The notes beneath the pieces are model-generated. The model worked only from the letters and a program-made list of their open reading frames with translations. It did not search any database and was not told the origin of the DNA. From Octopus bimaculoides (lineage: Eukaryota), in the NCBI RefSeq assembly GCF_001194135.2, contig NC_068993.1:9483301-9547300 (forward strand): a stretch of DNA of 64,000 nt, in the 5' to 3' direction. Below are positions 52,254 to 64,000 of the stretch, in pieces (within the stretch, counting starts at the first letter, position 1; each line of letters begins with the position of its first letter). A program made the translations under genes and the position numbers.

Positions 52254-53629
52254 AACATTTATTGTCCTAAACATATTTTTAAAACCTTAATACTAACTAA
52301 TTTTGGTGTGGAACACACCATACGATTTACAAAAGCCACAAGACCTATCACGTATATTGTACAGACAACCCTGCCACTCAAATTTTAATGTATTAAAATG
52401 AAACTATTTTAAAGTATTTTTTTCTTTTTAATATTCAACAACGAAAGTGATATAACTCATTATTTTGAAAATAGCGATTAGCATTTGCTACATAAAAAAT
52501 ATTTTTTTCAAAATGTTATCACAAAATGCCTTATCTGGTGAAATCCCAGAATTTTTTCACGGGATCCACTTTGAGAATCTGTGCCTTGGAAACGTTTCTT
52601 TGCCTAACGCGATTGAAATGTAAGGGAGATAATTCTTCACGATCAACTACCAGTTGTAGTAGACCAAGATGATTTCAGGAAATTAATTGAAATTGTCAAA
52701 CGAGATAATTGCTTTAGATTTTAATTTTGTATCGTTAAATAAGTTTTTAAAACAAGTCTTCATGAAGGCACAGCAGCAAAAGAAGGATACCAACCTAAAT
52801 ATCTTAACTTCATTTCATTCCTTCTCGTAGAGATCAATTTGGTCTTTCATACCTGCATACACACATTCACTAAACTGTACACAAATTGAAAAATTTGCCT
52901 TGAACTTTCAGCTATATATCAATTTTGTGTAGAGATATTATTTATTATACATACACTTTCATATTAACATAATGATTTTTAATGAATTTATTATTATGAT
53001 AATGTTATATTTTGTCTATCTATTGATCTTTATTATGTAGCTAACTTTTCCATTGAATAAACTTTTCCATTAGATAAACTATGCTTTTTTTGTTTTTGTT
53101 TTTTTGTTAATAACTCATCTATGTGCGTGTGTGTGTGTGTGTGTATTTGATGACATAGAAGATGCACAGATATATCATATGCATCTCAATTTCAGCAGCA
53201 CATATTGAGGGGGGAAAAACAGTTTTAAATGCATTAAAAGATGTAATGTTTAAAGCAAGTTTGCATATAGAATCCTGAATATTCCCCACCTGCCAACCAT
53301 TAAAAACAAAAATATTTTGAGACATTTTGGAGGAACAACAGTATGTCTTGTATACCTTCCAATGCAGAATTTTGTATTTATGTAATTTACTTTTAGTTTG
53401 AAAAGTGTCATGGAAGAAACCTTTGGCCCCTGTATCACTTTGTAGCTTTTGCTGACTAAAAAGGAAAAAAATATTGTTCTTATATATTGTCAGTTTTCTG
53501 TTTAATCCGTCTGTGTGTGTGCTTGTCCCCTTCCGAGAGTGTAGTGGGTGCTTTTTACGTGCTACCAGCACAGGAGCCAGCCATAAATATATATATATAT
53601 ATGTATGTATATACATAAACATACATACA

Positions 53630-53905
53630 CAAAGGAGCCTTTTTTTTTCCTTGTGGCCCCACACAGCAATATCTGGCTGGTTGTGTTTTAACCTGCGACT
53701 ATTTCAATGAATATTCATTCTTTTGATCTATTGGTCCCAATATAGTCAACTTTGTCCTGTTGGTAATCTCATTTTCCTTCTTCTGTTCCAGACTGTTCTG
53801 GCCACCACATCATTGCTCATGGGAAGGCAATGTCAAGAAAGAAACCATTCTCTTGCAGTTAGCAATGTGGTTGTTGTCTTTATCTGTTTGTGTACAAGCT
53901 CAAAA
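53630..53905 (-). mobile_element. R4/NeSL-type (restriction-like endonuclease) non-LTR retrotransposon fragment
   Basis: Frameshifted CTQTDKDNNHIANC (zinc knuckle), DVVARTVWN, and KHNQPDIAVWGHKEKKRLL (PD of PD-(D/E)xK). Confidence 0.65.
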
Positions 53906-54439
53906 GTAAATAGACACATCTCAATTTACCATTTCTTCTATGTGGCCACTACCTGGTGCTTCAAACTTTTTAATGTATTATGCACAAGGCATGTCTACTA
54001 CTTACTAGATTAAGCTTTTGAATACATCAAATGCCATCATTCTGTTTCAAGAAATAAATCTTTCAAAAGTAATTTCGTGTCTATTTTCTTTTGAAGTGTG
54101 TGTGTGTGTGTGCATGTATATGAATGTATGTGTGCATGCATGTGGGTGTGTGCAAGTGTATATATGTTTGAGTGTGTGTGTGTGTGTGTGCGTGTGTACA
54201 CACTTCGTGCAGACACTTCTTATATCACAGAAATTTATCACACATTGTAATAATTCCTTTGCTGAAATAGCAAGTTGTTAATGAATATAGTTTTTTCATG
54301 TGTTTTCTTAGAGGAGTTTTTCTCAAGCACAGCAAGAACAACACCTCACACAGGATTGCCATATTGAATACTGGGTACAAATCTCCAGAATTATTACCAA
54401 GAAGATTCCTCAAAGGAGAAGGAAAAGAAGGTGAGGTTG

Positions 54440-55321
54440 GGAGAGACACAAAGAGAGGAGAAACAGAGACAGTAAGACAGACAGAGTGAGTGGGGGACAG
54501 ACAGACAGACAGAGACAGTGACAGAGAGAAAGAGAGGGGAGGAGAGAAAAAGATGGACAGACAGATAGACAGAGAAACAGAGTGAATGAAATAGATAGAC
54601 AGAAAGGGAGAGAGAAAGACAAACAGACATAGTCTCTCACTATCTATCTATCTCTCTCTCACTATCACTCTCTCTTTATCTCTCACTCTCTCACACACTC
54701 TCTCTCTCTCTCTCACACACACATGCACAAACAGAAGCTTAACATATTTTTTTCTCATCTCAGAATTGCAGTTATTGAATTAATTACATTAGATGTGACC
54801 CCCTGCAGGGTTGGTGGAGGGGAGGTGGGGGTTAATAATAATATAATATCAAAAAAGTTAGAATCTCTTTATCTTAAGCATTGATACACTCTTTGGTTTC
54901 CTTTACATCCTATAACACTCATATATATACACCTATATACACTCACATACATAAGCGCCACACATTCGTATACATATATACACACACATTCATTCATATA
55001 TATACATATATATATATATACACATATATACATGCACACACACAGGCATACGCACCTATATGGTAAAATAAATAAGAGTCAAACATCAAATGTGTGTATT
55101 TCCTGCTGGCCTATTTGTAATTAGCTGTATTTATCAATGGGTAATTAATTAGCCTTGTTGATTTAAAGAGGGTAGATTGTTAGTGGCAAGCATGTCTACC
55201 TTGACTCCAGGGCATGAAATGATGTGAAAAAAAACAAAAAAATTGAAGGAAACTGGGAAATAGCCAAAATAATAACACACACAGACACATACATGTGTAT
55301 GTATGCATGAATGTATGCACG

Positions 55322-55405
<84 letters not shown>

Positions 55406-55440
55406 ATAAATTCTTATAAAGATTTTATCCTATATTATAT

Positions 55441-55471
<31 letters not shown>

Positions 55472-55586
55472 GTGTATATATATATATATATGTATGTGTG
55501 TATATATATATATATATATGTATGTACACACACACACATATATGTATATGTGTATGTATTTACATATATATATGTATATGTGTATG

Positions 55587-55623
<37 letters not shown>

Positions 55624-55727
55624 NNNNNNNNNNNNNNNNNNNNNNNNNNNNNNNNNNNNNNNNNNNNNNNNNNNNNNNNNNNNNNNNNNNNNNNNNNNNN
55701 NNNNNNNNNNNNNNNNNNNNNNNNNNN

Positions 55728-55777
<50 letters not shown>

Positions 55778-55830
55778 GCACACACACACATATACACATA
55801 TATACACATACACACATATATATAGAGAGA
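54440..55830. repeat. Compound microsatellites (GACA/GA, TC, TA, CA)
   Basis: Visible in sequence. Confidence 0.85.
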
Positions 55831-56400
55831 GAGAGGGAGGGGGTGGACTGAAACTAGGTCACAGATTCTGTTCCATGGCCCCACCTATAAGCTGTGTGCT
55901 CTTCCTTCGTTGATTAGTTGAGTTTCATTAAACTTCTTGCGGAGGTCTTCATTACAAGAATGGTTCACATCCTTCTTATTCTCTTACACGCAAGAATCCT
56001 TCATGTTGTTGCTGTTTTTGTTATTGTTCTTGCTCTAGTTGTTGTTGTTTCATCTTGATGCTCAAAATGTTTACACGCATTGAATGAATGTATGTCATTC
56101 TTTCCATACACATACACACACACATATACATACATACATATATACATATCTATCTATCTATCTATATATATATATATATATATATGTACGTATGTGTGTG
56201 TGTGTCTGTGTGTGTATGTATGTATGTATGTATGTGTGTATCTTTCTTCTTCAGAGAGAACAAAGATCTTATCCACTTCCTCTCCTTTCTCCTCTTCGTC
56301 TGTGTTTATATTATTCTGTTTCATGCTTGCATTCCTCTTCTCTCATCATCATCATCATCAGCACCATCATCACCACTGTCATCATCAGCATTGCCGTTGC

Positions 56401-56434
<34 letters not shown>

Positions 56435-57208
56435 GGACTATAGATAACTAAATTACAACAGGTATATAGTCCATTTTTTGTATTATAGTGCATTGTTGTA
56501 CCATTCAAAACGTTTTATTCTATATAAAAATGAATTATTCTTGATTAATTAATAAAAATTAATTGAAATGCACTGGTAATGTATTTCATTAAAAAAGAAG
56601 AAACTATTGAAAGAGTTAAGCTAAACTTTTAACGCTAAATTATTGTTCATTCTAAACGATAATTTTGTTTTGTATCTTTTTAGCTGTTTTTGTGTCAGTC
56701 ACAGACCAGCAATCAGTCTTTGCATTTTACACCGTTTTTTATTGGTCACGGTCTGGTGGTTACTTTTACATAATTGTTATTTTAATTTCATTTAAATGGT
56801 CTATGTTATGTCATTTTGAAAATGTTTCTCTGTACTTAACATTGAGAATCCGTTCCATAATGCACATCATAAATTACTCCAAGATATAAAGAACAAGAGA
56901 CAATATAAGCTTTTGTTAAATATTTCAGGAAATTTACTGTTGGAATATATTATAATCTCAGCAAACATTCTATGTTAAATAAGAATATATATTTTGCCTT
57001 AGATGTGTTGTCATCATCATCAGTGACAGCTGTGTATGTATATATATATATATATATATATATACTTTTCTACTCTAGGCACAAGACCCGAAATTTTGGG
57101 GGAGGGGGCCAGTCAATTAGATCGATCTCAGTATGCAACTGGTACTTTGAAACCAATTGCTATGAATGTATGTATGTATGTATGTAGGTATGTATGCATG
57201 TATGTACG

Positions 57209-57267
<59 letters not shown>

Positions 57268-57659
57268 GTACATACGTAGTTATGCCAATNNNNNNNNNNN
57301 NNNNNNNNNNNNNNNNNNNNNNNNNNNNNNNNNNNNNNNNNNNNNNNNNNNNNNNNNNNNNNNNNNNNNNNNNNNNNNNNNNNNNNNNNNNNNNNNNNNN
57401 NNNNNNNNNNNNNNNNNNNCCCATAGCTTAACAGATCAGCAAAAGAGACTGATAGAATAAGCACCAGGTTAAAAAAATAAGTACTGGGGCCGTTGATTCG
57501 TTTGACTAAACATTCTTGAATGTGGTGCCCCAGCATGGCCGCAGTCTAATGCCTGAAACAAGTGAAAGGTAAAAAATAAGAGAGTCAACCCAATATTCCA
57601 AAGGCTTCTCCCTCCACCACCCAAATATATTTGTGGAGAATAATCTCATTTGATATTTG

Positions 57660-58095
57660 TTGTTGGCACTCCGTCGCTTATGGCGTCGAGGGTTCCAGTT
57701 GATCCGATCAACAGAACAGCCAGCTCCTGAAATTTACGTGCAAGTGGCTGAGCACTCCACAGACACGTGTACCCTTAATGTAGTTCTCGGGGATATTCAA
57801 CGTGACACAGTTTGACAAGGCTGACNNNNNNNNNNACGTGTACCCTTAATGTAGTTCTCGGGGATATTCAACGTGACACAGTGTGACAAGGCTGACCTTT
57901 TGAATTACAGGCACAACAGAAACAAGAAAAAAAGAGTGAGAGAAAGCTGGGGTGAAAGAGTACAGCAGGGTTCGCCACCATCCCCTGCTTTAGGTGTTGT
58001 CGCTCAATAAACACTCACAATGCCCGGTCTGGGAATTGAAACCGCGATCCTATGACCGTGAGTTCGCTGCCCTAACCACTAGGCCATTGCACCTT
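57660..58095 (-). mobile_element. tRNA-derived SINE, family C (second copy)
   Basis: Reverse complement of the 11001-11340 element; interrupted by a 10-N gap. Confidence 0.8.
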
Positions 58096-60811
58096 CACAT
58101 TTGATATTTAGATATTAAAGAAAAGTTTAAAGAGTAAACATCAGGATTTGATGTGGTTAAGTCGGAGCATTTATCAGCTTAACCATGGACAGGTTAGACT
58201 TCCGTTCACAGAACTGTCTTTCTGTTTATTACAGAAACTTCCAAAATATTGTCCTAAATTCTAAATGGCTATTTATTTCATATCGCTTTATTGTATTTAT
58301 ATTGGTTACAGACGGGTGATCTCATTCGCATCGTTGTTATTCTAATTTTATTGAGATGCCTCTGTTATGCCATTTTGGAGAATGCTTCTCTCTACTTAGT
58401 GTTAACAACTGAATGCATGTATGAAGCTTCTATCGGGAGAGAGAGAGAGAGAGTACATCGTTGTAGCAGGTGAGGGAAAGGTGTGTATGTTAACGTCGTA
58501 CTTGATCTTACGTACAGTCATCCTTTATATTTTACATTGTGTTAACGACAATAGCCGTCAGGTATGCTGGGTTACGACTGCCTTGTATTTTATTAAGTAT
58601 CATAAAGCCAGCAATTTGCTTCCTGTGATGTAAAACGATGTAAGATATAACTAGTTATTTCACCCTTTGCCTGCCCTGTGTATTACGTGTGATGCAGGGG
58701 ACATATTTCCTTAGCATCCATGTATATATATGATACACATTCCCAGAGTAATTCGGGATTTGTGAATGGAAAGCATTGTATTATTCAGAATATATAAGGC
58801 AGCGAGCTGGCAGAATCATTAGCATGCTAGACAAAATGCTATGTTCTGAGTTCAAATTCTGCTGAAGTAGTCTTTGCCTTTCATCCTTTCGAGATCAATT
58901 AAATAAGCACCAGTTACTCACTGGGGTCAATGAAATCGACTGCTCCCCCTCCACCAAATTTCAGACCTTATGCCTATAGTAAAAAGGATTATTCAGAATA
59001 TATGAAACAAGCGTTAACTAAAAGTCTGAAAGTAAGCATGGATGTCTAGGACAAACTTATGAAAATGCTTAAAACAGGCAGGACATATTTCCCGGATGTC
59101 TCTGCATTGTATATGATATACATTCCTAATGTTGCTATCACCACTACATTATCATTGTCATCATTACCACCACCACCACCACCACCACAACCGCCACCAC
59201 TACCACCACCACAGTGTTATTTAATTGCAGATATTTGAATAATGGCCAGAATAACTTCTACCAGTTTAAATAATTTCTACCACTTCCAAAAAACTGTATC
59301 ACTTCTTTTTCATTTATCTTTTAATTTTTTTTTTTTTTTTACTTGTTTCAGTCATTGGATTGCAGTCATGCTGGGACACTGCCTTGAAGAAGTTTTAGTC
59401 AAATGAATAAACTTCAGCACCTTGTTTTTTAAAGCTTGACACTTATTTTGTCAGTCTCTCTTGTCAAACCACTAAGTTACAGTGACGTAAAAGAAAACCA
59501 ACACCAGCTGATGTACCCTCCAGCCTTCATCAGGTGTCTTGGGGAAACCAACACCAGCTGTGGGGCAATGGGTGAGTGGAACAAATACACACACACACAC
59601 ACAATGGGTTTCTTTCAGTTTCCATCTACCAAATCCACTAACAAGCCTTTTAATCAGCCTGAGGCTATAGTATAAGATAATTTCCCATGGTGCCACGCGG
59701 TGAAACTGAACCCAGAACTATGTGGTTAGGAAGTAAACTTCTCGCTGCATGATTTTTTTCCCCCTCATGTTTACAGTGAGTTGTCGTTAATGTCAACGAC
59801 AGGAAAACATGAAAATATCTGTGTACATGTTTTTTTCTTTTTTGTAACATATTTCTACATTATAAATTATCTAACTGACTTATCAATGTCCGTTTCTAAA
59901 CATACGCACACGCACACACACTAATAAATAAAGTTCTGAAGTTTTTTCAAGACAGAATTAGGTCCTCTTTTAACTTATATTCTCTAACTATGTGCAATGG
60001 ATGTAACTATGTAACTATTATTACATTATTCTACCAATCAGATGAGACGATAACTATGCATGTTAGTACAGGGTAATTCAAAACGAATGGGACAAAAATA
60101 AGATACACGCACAAACGCACGCACAGACGTGAGTGGTGTAATGAATATATTTTAAAGATACAGATGTAACATGAAAGATTGCAGCATCTCTGGTGAATAA
60201 TTCGGTAAAACGAGATTATCAGTGTTGCCAAACCTTTCATGTTACATCTGTATTTCTGCAATATATTCATTACCATTCATTTTGAAATATCTTGTATTTA
60301 GGATATAAAATGGAAAAATATATATAACCAATGACCATATATCTATGAACAGTATTTTAATTTCCTGAAGATTCCCGAATGTTGAGCATGTTTGATAACT
60401 GTTTATCAGGCATGTCTTTACATAGCTCGTCTCTTTGATAGAATTGTCCTCCTTGGTCAAGCTCTGTCCAAGATTGGTGGGATCCTGGCATCTAGAATGT
60501 CGTAAAGTTTGCAACAAGTTTGTTATAAAGTCATAAAGTCATAAGGTTTGCAACAAGTCGCGAGGTCGATTTATTCGCCTAAACCTGTCAAGTTAGTACC
60601 CCAGTATGGCCGCAGTCCAATGGCTGAAACATGTAAAATATGAACACGCGCTCGCGCGCGAATATTTATACCGGAACTAGGAAAACACTGAAAAATACCC
60701 ACATGCTACGCTTGTGTATATATATAAAACACTTGTCAAGCATTTTGTTTTGACATATACACAAATACATAGTCAAACCATATGTATGTAGGTATGTATG
60801 CATGTATGTAC

Positions 60812-60851
<40 letters not shown>

Positions 60852-61084
60852 NNNNNNNNNNNNNNNNNNNNNNNNNNNNNNNNNNNNNNNNNNNNNNNNN
60901 NNNNNNNNNNNNNNNNNNNNNNNNNNNNNNNNNNNNNNNNNNNNNNNNNNNNNNNNNNNNNNNNNNNNNNNNNNNNNNNNNNNNNNNNNNNNNNNNNNNN
61001 NNNNNNNNNNNNNNNNNNNNNNNNNNNNNNNNNNNNNNNNNNNNNNNNNNNNNNNNNNNNNNNNNNNNNNNNNNNNNNNNNNNN

Positions 61085-61142
<58 letters not shown>

Positions 61143-61418
61143 TATATTTATCTGGAGTTTTTTGGTAGTTTTTTAAAGGTATCGGCACTTCAAGCGTGCT
61201 GGAGATAGGTCGTTTTCGCCCTTACCCCCTTAATATAATCATATACATATGTATATTATTATTAATTTAATACGCACACACATATATATATATTTATATG
61301 TATATAATATTATATCATATTATATTATATTAAATTATATTATATTATATTATAATAGGAAAAATCAAGACCAAGGCAGAAAGAGTATCTCAAGTCATTT
61401 ATAATAATTTAATTTGAA

Positions 61419-61494
61419 GTCTTACAGTCGTTTCTGGGATAACCCAAGTGGTAGGTTAGCATGTCCATGCACTAGGTACACCGTCATCAGAGAC
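61419..61494 (-). ncRNA. Type I hammerhead-ribozyme motif, left arm of palindromic element
   Basis: Reverse complement: GTCT-CTGATGA-(extended stem II)-GAAA-CGACTG-TA-AGAC. Confidence 0.75.
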
Positions 61495-61576
61495 AATAAG
61501 TAATAAAAGAGAAGTATAAAGAGTAAAAGTGGTTAGAAGAGTAGTGATTCTTTACTCTTCTGTTTTATTCCTTATT

Positions 61577-61652
61577 GTCTCTGATGACGGAATACCCAGT
61601 GCATGGACATGCTAACCTACCACTTGGGTTATCCCAGAAACGGCTGCAAGAC
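61577..61652 (+). ncRNA. Type I hammerhead-ribozyme motif, right arm (cleavage triplet mutated to GCA)
   Basis: GTCT-CTGATGA-...-GAAA-CGGCTG-CA-AGAC. Confidence 0.7.
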
Positions 61653-61892
61653 TTCAAATTAAATTATTTTAAGTGACTTGAGATACTCGTTCTGCCTTGA
61701 TTTTGATTTTTCCTATAATATAATATATACCTGCTATAACAGAACCCTAGATCCAGCCTTAGCAGTGATCTTGGAACCTAAAGATGGACCTACTATAGCA
61801 CTTACCCAGGATACCTATTCGTTTAGATCACAAGTGACCTAAACCCTTCATATTTTGTATATATATGAACACCTAATTGTATATCTTTAGCC

Positions 61893-61975
61893 AACTCTGA
61901 AGAAATTCGACTTTTAAACGAATTTAATTATGGTAATTGATTTCTAAAGGTCTGGAATCGAAACAGCTGTCAGAG
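61893..61975 (+). ncRNA. Degenerate hammerhead-like motif
   Basis: CTGAAGA (61897-61903)...ATTC/GAAT...GAAA-CAGCTG-TC-AGAG; stem I only 2 bp. Confidence 0.5.
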
Positions 61976-62280
61976 ATGATGTCTAAATTTTAATTGATAA
62001 ATGATTATTAATAATCTATTTTCTTATTTTCTTTATATAAATATATGGTGGGGGGGGGGACAAGGACGCAAAACATCCAGACAGTTAGGTGATACAAGAA
62101 AGAGACAAAACATACAGATAGACGATACAAGGAAACATGGACAGGCATTCGGAGTTTTCTCTCTTCATTCGAGATCCAGATTATCCTTGTAATTTCGTCT
62201 GGTTATTCTCGATATTGCTCCAATGGAAAAAAAAAAAAAAGGGTCAAGGTAGAAAAGCTAAAATAATTTTATAAAAACCA

Positions 62281-62322
62281 TTTCAGTACCGGTTTCGGTC
62301 ATTGAGACTTTTTCAACTGTAA
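62281..62322 (-). ncRNA. Hammerhead-like motif with UUGAAAA (U3:A8) core
   Basis: Reverse complement: TTACAG-TTGAAAA-aGTC tcaat GACc-GAAA-CCGG-TA-CTGAAA. Confidence 0.55.
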
Positions 62323-62382
62323 GTATGGAAAACAATTGAATTTTGAAAAAATTAAATGAAAAGCATTTTAAAAGAATATTTG

Positions 62383-63246
62383 NNNNNNNNNNNNNNNNNN
62401 NNNNNNNNNNNNNNNNNNNNNNNNNNNNNNNNNNNNNNNNNNNNNNNNNNNNNNNNNNNNNNNNNNNNNNNNNNNNNNNNNNNNNNNNNNNNNNNNNNNN
62501 NNNNNNNNNNNNNNNNNNNNNNNNNNNNNNNNNNNNNNNNNNNNNNNNNNNNNNNNNNNNNNNNNNNNNNNNNNNNNNNNNNNNNNNNNNNNNNNNNNNN
62601 NNNNNNNNNNNNNNNNNNNNNNNNNNNNNNNNNNNNNNNNNNNNNNNNNNNNNNNNNNNNNNNNNNNNNNNNNNNNNNNNNNNNNNNNNNNNNNNNNNNN
62701 NNNNNNNNNNNNNNNNNNNNNNNNNNNNNNNNNNNNNNNNNNNNNNNNNNNNNNNNNNNNNNNNNNNNNNNNNNNNNNNNNNNNNNNNNNNNNNNNNNNN
62801 NNNNNNNNNNNNNNNNNNNNNNNNNNNNNNNNNNNNNNNNNNNNNNNNNNNNNNNNNNNNNNNNNNNNNNNNNNNNNNNNNNNNNNNNNNNNNNNNNNNN
62901 NNNNNNNNNNNNNNNNNNNNNNNNNNNNNNNNNNNNNNNNNNNNNNNNNNNNNNNNNNNNNNNNNNNNNNNNNNNNNNNNNNNNNNNNNNNNNNNNNNNN
63001 NNNNNNNNNNNNNNNNNNNNNNNNNNNNNNNNNNNNNNNNNNNNNNNNNNNNNNNNNNNNNNNNNNNNNNNNNNNNNNNNNNNNNNNNNNNNNNNNNNNN
63101 NNNNNNNNNNNNNNNNNNNNNNNNNNNNNNNNNNNNNNNNNNNNNNNNNNNNNNNNNNNNNNNNNNNNNNNNNNNNNNNNNNNNNNNNNNNNNNNNNNNN
63201 NNNNNNNNNNNNNNNNNNNNNNNNNNNNNNNNNNNNNNNNNNNNNN
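62383..63246. other. Assembly gap (largest of about 14 N runs)
   Basis: N run; other large gaps at 852-1068, 2609-3107, 13111-13600, 16861-17227, 28502-28872, 34047-34356, 55624-55727, 57290-57419 and 60852-61084. Confidence 0.98.
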
Positions 63247-63285
<39 letters not shown>

Positions 63286-63409
63286 CGGGGAGATATGTAT
63301 GTAATATAATTCTTTCTGAATTTTCAGATTTTTCAATATGCTAGGCCACTGGTTTTAAATTGATATTAATCAAATTAATATTCAATTTTTCCCCTTATTA
63401 TTTAAATTT

Positions 63410-63433
63410 AAAGTTAGATAGATAGATAGATAA

Positions 63434-63508
<75 letters not shown>

Positions 63509-63900
63509 TGTAATGCACACGCGCACACATAATCTACCAAAACTTATACAGTCACATGTACACACTCCACGCACTAGAGGCAAAAAGGCAGGGCAGATGT
63601 GCACGCACACATACACAAACACACATACACACACACACACATACAAAACAAACACTCACACATACACACACAGAGACACGCACACTTACATATATATACA
63701 TACAAACACACACACATACATATATATACATATACATACAAACACACACACATACATATATATACATATATATACATACAAACACACACATACATACATA
63801 CATACATATATATATATACACACTCATACAAACACACAGACAGACACACTTGAAACAAAAATACAGACATGCTTATATATATATATATATAATGTACCAC
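63410..63900. repeat. (GATA)n followed by (CA/TA)n compound microsatellite
   Basis: Visible in sequence. Confidence 0.9.
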
Positions 63901-64000
63901 TGCGTTACACACCTTGGGCAAGTGTCTTCTACTATAACCTCGGGCCGTCGTATATATATATGTGTGTGTGTGTGTGTGTTTGTCCCCGCAACATCGCTTG

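Larger units (their letters stand above)
61356..61715. mobile_element. Palindromic (inverted pLTR-like) Penelope-like remnant
   Basis: About 170-bp imperfect inverted arms, each with a hammerhead; flanked by TA-rich microsatellite. Confidence 0.65.

Noticed and set aside
53119-53470. Minus-strand ORF / possible terminal exon (RWGIFRILYANLL*)
   Set aside because: No recognisable homology and no partner exons found; left unannotated.
57770-57900. ~60-bp direct duplication around a 10-N gap
   Set aside because: Typical scaffolding artefact of overlapping contig ends.
383-63344. Long ORFs in the supplied track with X runs or poly-YI/HT/CV/M/H peptides
   Set aside because: They are read-through of N gaps and di-/trinucleotide microsatellites, not genes.

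Overview
Repeat-rich, AT-rich animal genomic DNA with many N gaps and microsatellites; the repeat families suggest an octopus-like cephalopod (inference). Nearly all long ORFs in the supplied track are gap or microsatellite artefacts. Two real spliced genes were reconstructed by hand. (1) Gemin5 on the minus strand: 15 GT-AG exons from ATG 45725 down to 3780, all phase-compatible (about 826 codons: the tandem WD40 region plus the start of the linker). It has a 26-kb intron after the last WD exon, and its 3' part lies outside the window or in gaps. (2) A 3-exon, 127-aa GPI-type Ly6/uPAR three-finger protein gene (quiver/sleepless-like) on the plus strand, starting only 238 bp from the Gemin5 ATG (head-to-head). 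The rest is tRNA-derived SINEs, RTE and R4-like LINE fragments, mariner pieces, TTAA-flanked piggyBac-type MITEs and a Helitron 3' end. The most notable hidden signal is a set of at least 6 recognisable, plus 2-3 decayed, minimal type I hammerhead-ribozyme motifs (CUGANGA-stem II-GAAA-tiny stem III-UH), typical of Penelope-like elements and retrozymes. They include a ~360-bp palindrome carrying two outward-facing ribozymes and a candidate U3:A8 core variant. All structures were read by eye, and none was computationally folded or searched.
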